From assembly GCA_963843375.1 (NCBI GenBank), contig CAWJKT010000004.1:224001-288000 (forward strand): 64,000 nt of DNA, given 5' to 3'. Shown in pieces: positions 57,774 to 64,000 of the stretch. Source of the stretch: an uncultured Pseudomonadota bacterium (GTDB taxonomy: Bacteria > Oederibacteriota > Muellerivitia > Muellerivitales > Muellerivitaceae). Below the pieces are notes generated by a model. The model was not told the origin of the DNA. It saw nothing but the letters and a program-made list of their open reading frames with translations, and searched no databases. Position 1 is the stretch's first letter. Every line of letters begins with the position of its first letter. Made by a program: the position numbers and the translations under genes.

Positions 57774-59216
57774 ATGACGGCAACGGCGGAACAATTAAAA
57801 TTGGCGGACTTCGGGGTTTTGGGAATCGCGGTGATGGGTGAAAACCTAGCCATGAATATCGAGGACCATGGGTTTTCGGTGGCGGTTTGCAATCTCCGGA
57901 GCGACCGGGTCACCCCCTTTATGAAGCGCAACGAGGGCAAAAAATTCATTGGCGCCCATACCCTGCAAGATTTCGTGAAAGCCCTCAAGCCCCCCCGGCG
58001 GGTGATGCTCATGGTCAAAGCGGGAGACCCCGTTGACGACGCCATTAAACTTTTGAAGCCCCTCTTATCCAAAGGCGACATCATTATTGACGGCGGGAAT
58101 TCCTGGTTCAAGGACACCCAACGCCGGGAAGCGGAACTCACCAAAGAAGGTTTTTATTTTTTCGGCGCCGGTGTTTCCGGTGGTGAAGAGGGAGCCCGGT
58201 TTGGCCCTTCCATCATGCCGGGCGGAAGCCCCCAGGCCTATGAGTTCGTGAAGCCCATCTTCGAGGCCATCTCGGCCAAAACCAACTCCGGTCCCTGTGT
58301 GACCCATTGTGGCCCTGATGGCGCGGGCCATTTCGTGAAAATGGTCCACAACGGCATTGAGTACGGAGATATGCAATTGATCGCCGAATCCTATGACATT
58401 CTCCGAAAGGTTCTGGGACTGAAAGCCGCCGAATTAGGGGAAATCTTTACCGAATGGAACAAAGGCATCCTGGATTCTTTCCTGATCGAGCTTACCGCAA
58501 AGGTTTTCACCGTGAAGGATGATGAAACGGGTAATCCACTGGTGGACATGATATTAGACAAGGCGGGTCAGAAGGGGACGGGCAAGTGGACGGCCCAAAT
58601 CGCGCTCGACATGGGCGTCCAAATTCCCACCATTGCTGCGGCTATCGACGGTAGGGGACTATCCAGCATCAAGGAAGAACGGGTAGAGGCTTCCAAGCAA
58701 ATCAAGGGGCCGGCCGCAATGACGAAGGAAGACAAAAAGCAGCTCATCGACGCGGTGCGGGACGCCCTTTATGATTCCAAGGTTTGTTCCTATACCCAAG
58801 GCATGAGGCTGATCAAGGCCGCTTCGGACGAGTACAAATGGGGCGTCAACCTAAAGGAGATGGCCCGCATTTGGAAAGGCGGCTGCATCATCCGAGCAAA
58901 ATTACTGGACGAGATCATGAAGGCTTATGATCGTAATCCGAACCTTCATTCCCTGCTGTTGGATGAATCTTTTAAAAAGCAGGTGGAATCCACACAGGCT
59001 AATTGGCGCAAGGTCGTTTCGGTGGCAGTCACCAACGGAATTCCGGTGCCAGCCATGAGCGGAAGCCTGGCCTATTTTGATAGCTACCGCACGGCGAACC
59101 TTCCCCAAAACCTGACCCAGGCCCAAAGAGATTTCTTTGGGGCCCATACCTACGAGCGGACGGACCACCCGGAAAGGGGCTTTATCCATACCGATTGGTT
59201 GTCAAAAACGAAATAG
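57774..59216 (+). CDS. gndA: NADP-dependent 6-phosphogluconate dehydrogenase
   Basis: GIAVMGENLA, VSGGEEGA, KMVHNGIEYGDMQ, QKGTGKWT, QAQRDFFGAHTY. Confidence 0.96.
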   Translation: MTATAEQLKLADFGVLGIAVMGENLAMNIEDHGFSVAVCNLRSDRVTPFMKRNEGKKFIGAHTLQDFVKALKPPRRVMLMVKAGDPVDDAIKLLKPLLSKGDIIIDGGNSWFKDTQRREAELTKEGFYFFGAGVSGGEEGARFGPSIMPGGSPQAYEFVKPIFEAISAKTNSGPCVTHCGPDGAGHFVKMVHNGIEYGDMQLIAESYDILRKVLGLKAAELGEIFTEWNKGILDSFLIELTAKVFTVKDDETGNPLVDMILDKAGQKGTGKWTAQIALDMGVQIPTIAAAIDGRGLSSIKEERVEASKQIKGPAAMTKEDKKQLIDAVRDALYDSKVCSYTQGMRLIKAASDEYKWGVNLKEMARIWKGGCIIRAKLLDEIMKAYDRNPNLHSLLLDESFKKQVESTQANWRKVVSVAVTNGIPVPAMSGSLAYFDSYRTANLPQNLTQAQRDFFGAHTYERTDHPERGFIHTDWLSKTK

Positions 59217-59331
59217 ACAATAGTTAGCTGTTTAACCTTAGTGGTTAGCGACCTCATAGGGTGAAACCTGGATGTTGCTGGGAACGTCTAAAAGGCGTGG
59301 GGTAAAGACTGCCGTATTTAGGAGGAGAGAG

Positions 59332-59907
59332 ATGAAAATTAAAATTTTGACTTTGGCACTGTTACTGACGGGGGTGACGGTGATTCAAGCTTCAGCCCAG
59401 TCTTTCAATTTGGGATTGGAAGCAGGCGCCAATTTCTCGAATTTTATCGGGAGTGGCGTTAGTCAGATTAACAACAACAATGTCAGTGATTCAAAACTTG
59501 GATTTGTCGGAGGGGGGTTCTTGAGCTTGAATTTCGGCAACTCTTTCGCCATCAGACCAGAAGTGCTTTATGAGCAAAAAGGCAACCAGATTTCGGGAAC
59601 CAATACCACGACCGAACTGGATTATATTGAAGTTCCTGTGCTCTTAAAGCTTGGGCTGGGTACCCCAGTGTTCAATCCAGCGATTCTTTTGGGCCCTTCC
59701 TTTAGTTGGAACCTTTTAGCCCAGTCAGGTGGAACAAATTTGAACGGGATCAATAGCTCGGATGTTGGATTGGTCGGCGGTGTGGAACTGGACCTCAGCA
59801 AGTTCCTGATTTCGGGTCGTTATGAATTGGGCTTGGATAACGTGAGGACCAATACCAACGTCCAAAATGGAACGATCACCTTATTGATAGGTTATTCTTT
59901 AATGTAA
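59332..59907 (+). CDS. outer-membrane beta-barrel (porin family) protein
   Basis: Signal peptide ending ASA; GLEAGANFS, RPEVLYEQKG, LDYIEVPVLLK, GRYELGL; AGGAGG RBS. Confidence 0.85.
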   Translation: MKIKILTLALLLTGVTVIQASAQSFNLGLEAGANFSNFIGSGVSQINNNNVSDSKLGFVGGGFLSLNFGNSFAIRPEVLYEQKGNQISGTNTTTELDYIEVPVLLKLGLGTPVFNPAILLGPSFSWNLLAQSGGTNLNGINSSDVGLVGGVELDLSKFLISGRYELGLDNVRTNTNVQNGTITLLIGYSLM

Positions 59908-59933
59908 AAAGAGTCGTTAATTTAAGAGAAACT

Positions 59934-59967
59934 ATAAAAGGTCCAGGATTTCCCGGGCCTTTTTTAT
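59934..59967 (+). terminator. rho-independent terminator
   Basis: AAAAGGTCCAGG-ATTT-CCCGGGCCTTTTTT hairpin with T tract, downstream of the porin gene. Confidence 0.65.
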
Positions 59968-60010
59968 TTCCACCAATGGATAGTAGGACTGAAAAATGAG
60001 GACCCAGGGC

Positions 60011-60140
60011 TTGTGAAATCTTTCACATTAAAATTTGTCAAAGTTCCATTTTGACTTAAAATCGGAGCAATAAAGGGAGAGAAAAAGACAAGTTTGTGAA
60101 ATATTTCACATTGAAATTTCGGCCTTTAGCCCCCTATAAT
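60011..60140 (+). promoter_or_regulatory. two Rex-type operators and a sigma70 promoter upstream of the nuo operon
   Basis: TTGTGAA-ATCT-TTCACAT (60011-60028) and TTGTGAA-ATAT-TTCACAT (60094-60111) match the Rex consensus TTGTGAA-N4-TTCACAA. TTGAAA(60111)-18 bp-TATAAT(60135). Confidence 0.75.
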
Positions 60141-60223
60141 CCATCAAATTTCGCCCTTAAATTTCCTCTAAGCCTGTAAAACTCCTCGGGGGGCGGCATT
60201 ACCTTCTTTTGGGGGTTCCGGGC

Positions 60224-60601
60224 ATGAATTTCGAAACAATCGAAAATCTTCTTCCGATAGTCCTGGCCCTTGTTCTAGCCATGGCGGTTCCAGCAGCCAT
60301 GATGATTTTATCCGCTTCACTCGGCCTACGGCGGGATAACGAAACCAAACTTTCCTCTTACGAATGCGGTATCCAGTCTTCCGCAGTATCCGGTGACGCC
60401 CGGCATCATTTCAACGTGAAGTTCTATCTGGTCGCCATGTGCTTCCTGGTCTTCGATGTGGAGGTGGTTTTCCTTTTTCCCTGGGCGGTTTTGTTCCAGA
60501 AGATGGCCTGGGGCGGGTTTCTTTCCATGTTGGGATTTCTCGGTGTTCTCGGCTTTGGCTGGTTTTACCTCTTGAAAAGGGGGGCCTTGGAATGGGAGTA
60601 G
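60224..60601 (+). CDS. nuoA: NADH-quinone oxidoreductase subunit A
   Basis: [33 protein letters not shown]. Confidence 0.95.
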   Translation: MNFETIENLLPIVLALVLAMAVPAAMMILSASLGLRRDNETKLSSYECGIQSSAVSGDARHHFNVKFYLVAMCFLVFDVEVVFLFPWAVLFQKMAWGGFLSMLGFLGVLGFGWFYLLKRGALEWE

Positions 60602-61095
60602 AAACTTTTCCAGTACTCACCACTCGTAAGGACGCGGTCATCGCTTGGGGACAAAAAAACTCCCTTTGGCCAATGCCCTTTGGTACGGCTTGTTGCGCTA
60701 TCGAATTCATGGGAGTGGTATCCTCGGTATTCGACCTGGCCCGCTTCGGGGCCGAACTAGTTCGTTTTTCCCCCCGGCAATCGGACCTTCTCTTGGTGGC
60801 GGGAACGGTCACCTTCAAACAAGCGCCTATCCTGAAACAAATCTACGAACAGATGTGCGAACCCAAGTGGGTGATTTCGATGGGGGTCTGCGCCTCAGCG
60901 GGCGGTTTTTATAACAACTATTGCACAGTGCAGGGGATCGACCAGGTTATCCCGGTAGATGTTTATATTTCCGGATGTCCCCCCCGGCCCGAAGCCATCT
61001 TGCAGGCCGTCTTGAAACTCCAACACAAAATCGAAAACCCTAACACAACACCTCCGGCCCAGTTCAGGGTAGCGGAACCGCATTTCGATTATTAA
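60592..61095 (+). CDS. nuoB: NADH-quinone oxidoreductase subunit B
   Basis: [28 protein letters not shown]. Confidence 0.95.
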   Translation: MGVETFPVLTTRKDAVIAWGQKNSLWPMPFGTACCAIEFMGVVSSVFDLARFGAELVRFSPRQSDLLLVAGTVTFKQAPILKQIYEQMCEPKWVISMGVCASAGGFYNNYCTVQGIDQVIPVDVYISGCPPRPEAILQAVLKLQHKIENPNTTPPAQFRVAEPHFDY

Positions 61096-61122
61096 ATAAC
61101 CGTTCACAGGCGAGGCGAAAGA

Positions 61123-61662
61123 ATGATCAACGAAGATTTATTAACCCAATTAACCCAAAAGCATCCCCAGGCCCTATTGGGTTCCCAAGATCGGTTTGGG
61201 GCGCTGGAAATACAAGTGGATCGGGCGGCCATTGTCGATGTGGTGAAAATCCTGAAGGATGATCCGCAATTTAGTTTCAATATGCTAATCGACCTGGTCT
61301 CGATTGATTATTCCAATTATCCCGAATGGAAGGGAGATCGATTTGGTCTCGCCTACTTGTTGAAATCCCTTACGCTAGGGCATCGGCTCCAATTGAAAAC
61401 GACAGTGTCCGAAGATGAGCCGGTGGTTCCGACGATCTCGGGACTTTACCGCAACGCCGATTGGTTGGAGCGGGAGGCTTATGACCAGATGGGCATCCGT
61501 TTTGCCCAGCACCCGAATTTGAAACGCCTTCTAAACCATCATGAGTTTGTGGGACACCCGCTTCGCAAGGACTATCCCATCACCCGCCGCCAATGGCTTT
61601 CGGCTAATGAATCCCTGATGGATGAGATGGAAGTTCGATTGAAAGTAAAGGGATACGAATGA
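61123..61662 (+). CDS. nuoC: NADH-quinone oxidoreductase subunit C
   Basis: ADWLEREAYDQMGI, GHPLRKDYP. Confidence 0.95.
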   Translation: MINEDLLTQLTQKHPQALLGSQDRFGALEIQVDRAAIVDVVKILKDDPQFSFNMLIDLVSIDYSNYPEWKGDRFGLAYLLKSLTLGHRLQLKTTVSEDEPVVPTISGLYRNADWLEREAYDQMGIRFAQHPNLKRLLNHHEFVGHPLRKDYPITRRQWLSANESLMDEMEVRLKVKGYE

Positions 61663-62912
61663 CGACCGCACTCGATTCGAAAACTTTATTGCCGATTGCC
61701 TTGGAAAGTTCCGCGTCGGGATTGGATTCGGCCCGGCATAAGGATAAAAAAGACTTGGTCTTTGTAAACCTGGGGCCCAGTCACCCGGCCACGCATGGAA
61801 CTTTAAGGGCCCTCTGCGCCCTGGATGGGGAAACCATCGTTGCGGCGGTAACTGAAATGGGGTACCTTCACCGGGGTTTCGAAAAAGATTGCGAAGTTCA
61901 CACCTTTCAGCAGGTCATTCCCTATACCGACCGGCTTAATTACGTTTCCGCCATCATGAACAACGTTGGCTTCTGCAAGGCCGTGGAGCGCATGTTGAAT
62001 GTTCCGGTGCCGGAAAGGGCGATTTATATCCGTGTGATTACCTGCGAATTGAACCGTATTATCGACCACTTGGTTTCGGTGGGAGCCAACCTGGTGGATA
62101 TCGGTGCCCTTACAAATTTCTGGTATTCCTTCAATGCGAGAGAAAAGGTCTATGACATTCTCGAGAAACTTTGCGGGGCGCGCCTGACATCCAGCTATAC
62201 CAGGCTCGGAGGCCTTTCCCGAGACGTTTATCCCGCTTTCGGAGATGAAGTGAAGATTGTTCTCAAGGAAATCAAAAAAAGCGTGGGGGAGATTCAAGGG
62301 CTTGTTTCCAAGAACCGCATCTTCTTGGACCGTACCAAGGACCTTTGCGTGGTTTCTAAGGAAATGGCGATTTCCTACGGCTGGACGGGACCTACCCTGA
62401 GGGCTTCAGGCGTCGAGTACGACCTGCGCAAGGCCGAACCCTATTACCATTACGAGGATTTCAAGTTTGAAGTTCCAGTGGGGAGCAAGGGCGACATTTA
62501 CGATCGCATCTTCGTGCGGCTTTTGGAGATCGAGGAATCCTCTTCCATCATTGAGCAGGCGCTTCGAAAGCTCCCCAAAGGCCCCATCATAACCGACGAC
62601 AAGCGAGTGGCCTTGCCGCCCAAGCAACAGGCCTACGGCAATATCGAGGGACTCATGAATCACTTCAAAATTATCATGCACGGCATCTGCCCTGAGCCTG
62701 GTGAAATCTACGATTTCACCGAGGCCGCAAACGGTGAGCTGGGTTTTTACGTGGTGGCGGACGGGAGCAAGAATCCCTACCGTGTGAAATGCCGGCCTCC
62801 TTGTTTCATGAATTTCGCCGCTTTCCACGAGATGATCGAGGGAGGAATGATCGCCGACGCGGTGGCGAATTTGGGTTCAATCAATATCATCGCGGGTGAG
62901 TTGGATAGATAA
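61659..62912 (+). CDS. nuoD: NADH-quinone oxidoreductase subunit D
   Basis: NLGPSHPATHG, GYLHRGFEK, GELDR. Confidence 0.96.
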   Translation: MTTALDSKTLLPIALESSASGLDSARHKDKKDLVFVNLGPSHPATHGTLRALCALDGETIVAAVTEMGYLHRGFEKDCEVHTFQQVIPYTDRLNYVSAIMNNVGFCKAVERMLNVPVPERAIYIRVITCELNRIIDHLVSVGANLVDIGALTNFWYSFNAREKVYDILEKLCGARLTSSYTRLGGLSRDVYPAFGDEVKIVLKEIKKSVGEIQGLVSKNRIFLDRTKDLCVVSKEMAISYGWTGPTLRASGVEYDLRKAEPYYHYEDFKFEVPVGSKGDIYDRIFVRLLEIEESSSIIEQALRKLPKGPIITDDKRVALPPKQQAYGNIEGLMNHFKIIMHGICPEPGEIYDFTEAANGELGFYVVADGSKNPYRVKCRPPCFMNFAAFHEMIEGGMIADAVANLGSINIIAGELDR

Positions 62913-62929
62913 ACGATCAAAGGATTTTT

Positions 62930-63409
62930 ATGCCGGTAACCTTTAAGCCTGAAGTCGTTAAAGAATTCGAGGGCATTGCTTCCCGCTATCCCCAGCGGCG
63001 AGCGGCCTTGTTACCCGCTCTTTGGCTGGCACAGAGGGAATTCGGGTTCATTTCCGTGGACGCCATGAAAGCCGTGGCTGACTTGGTGGGTTGTTCGCCC
63101 GCCCAGGTTTTGGAAACCGCGAACTTTTACACCATGTATCAAAAGCAAAAGCCGGGTAAATACCACTTACAAGTATGCCAAACCATTTCCTGCCTCTTAA
63201 GCGGGTCGGAAGAGATCAAAAAGAAGATCCAGGAAAAATTGGGAATCAAAAACGGCGAGACCACGAAAGACGGCCAGTTCAGTTACCAGGCCGTGGAATG
63301 CCTGGCCTCCTGCCACACGGCGCCCTGCATGCAAGTAAACGATGATTACCACGAGAACCTGACACCGGAAAGTGTCGAGAATCTGATCGACGAATTAAAA
63401 AAGAAATAA
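62930..63409 (+). CDS. nuoE: NADH-quinone oxidoreductase subunit E
   Basis: [21 protein letters not shown]. Confidence 0.95.
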   Translation: MPVTFKPEVVKEFEGIASRYPQRRAALLPALWLAQREFGFISVDAMKAVADLVGCSPAQVLETANFYTMYQKQKPGKYHLQVCQTISCLLSGSEEIKKKIQEKLGIKNGETTKDGQFSYQAVECLASCHTAPCMQVNDDYHENLTPESVENLIDELKKK

Positions 63410-63420
63410 CGGAAGAGTAT

Positions 63421-64000
63421 ATGCCTGAATTTGAAGCACAACTGACCAAGCGATTCGGCCTGAAGGACAGCCACACCTTGAAAGTGTTCCTGGAGACGGG
63501 AGGCTACGCCTCCTTGAAAAAGCTTTTCACCAAGAAACCTCCCGAAGTCATCGAGGAAGTAAAGGCATCAGGGCTCAAAGGCAGGGGTGGGGCGGGTTTT
63601 CCCGCAGGGATGAAATGGTCATTCGTACCCCAAAATACCGGGAAGCCCATTTACCTGGCGGTCAACGCCGACGAAAGTGAACCGGGCACTTTTACGGACC
63701 GATTCGTGCTTTTAAATGATCCCCATTTATTAATCGAAGGGATCATTTGCGCCAGCTATGCCATCAACTGCCATACGGCGTATATCTATGTCCGCGGGGA
63801 GTTCTTTGGGCAGATCAAGCGGCTGAACGCAGCCATCGAAGAAGCGAAAAATGCCAATTACCTTGGAAAAAATATTCAGGGATCGGGTTTCGACCTAGAG
63901 GTTTACGTGCACCGCGGGGCAGGGGCTTACATTTGCGGTGAGGAAACCGGACTTTTGGAATCCCTGGAGGGTAAACCCGGGAAGCCCCGTATCAAGCCGC
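63421..64000 (+). CDS. nuoF: NADH-quinone oxidoreductase subunit F (3'-truncated by the window edge)
   Basis: Hand translation from ATG 63421: [46 protein letters not shown]. Confidence 0.95.
   Translation, partial: MPEFEAQLTKRFGLKDSHTLKVFLETGGYASLKKLFTKKPPEVIEEVKASGLKGRGGAGFPAGMKWSFVPQNTGKPIYLAVNADESEPGTFTDRFVLLNDPHLLIEGIICASYAINCHTAYIYVRGEFFGQIKRLNAAIEEAKNANYLGKNIQGSGFDLEVYVHRGAGAYICGEETGLLESLEGKPGKPRIKP

Overview
A 64-kb bacterial chromosomal segment from a diderm organism (it encodes outer-membrane beta-barrels). It is mostly housekeeping genes: gcvH plus a fused GcvPA-GcvPB, PPK2, an RNB nuclease, a 10-PAS histidine kinase, lexA with an SPL-type radical SAM gene, fabI, xth, an ABC transporter, gndA and nuoABCDEF'. 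I saw no rRNA, tRNA, CRISPR array, transposase or integrase. The standout region is a co-oriented surface-structure locus at about 31.5-48.1 kb. It holds a PilX-like gene apparently split in two, with its C-terminal half fused behind a new signal peptide and a ~400-aa (Thr-X)n stalk; a giant 1344-aa prepilin-motif protein; a PilW-like prepilin; a ~2000-aa protein with ~14 FN3 domains and a FlgD-Ig/T9SS-like C-terminal domain, broken at a G7 tract; and a PorV/PorQ-like barrel carrying 3 FN3 domains. Other notable signals are a 38-bp palindrome with tandem ATAC-N4-GTAT boxes between lexA and a divergent pair of paralogous unknown genes, two Rex-type operators upstream of nuo, three tandem paralogous ~50-aa membrane peptides (two missed by the ORF track), and three single-base frameshifts in homopolymer runs that may be sequencing errors. 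All family assignments come from motif recognition by eye, not from database searches. The gene style is reminiscent of candidate phylum FCPU426, but that is only a tentative impression.
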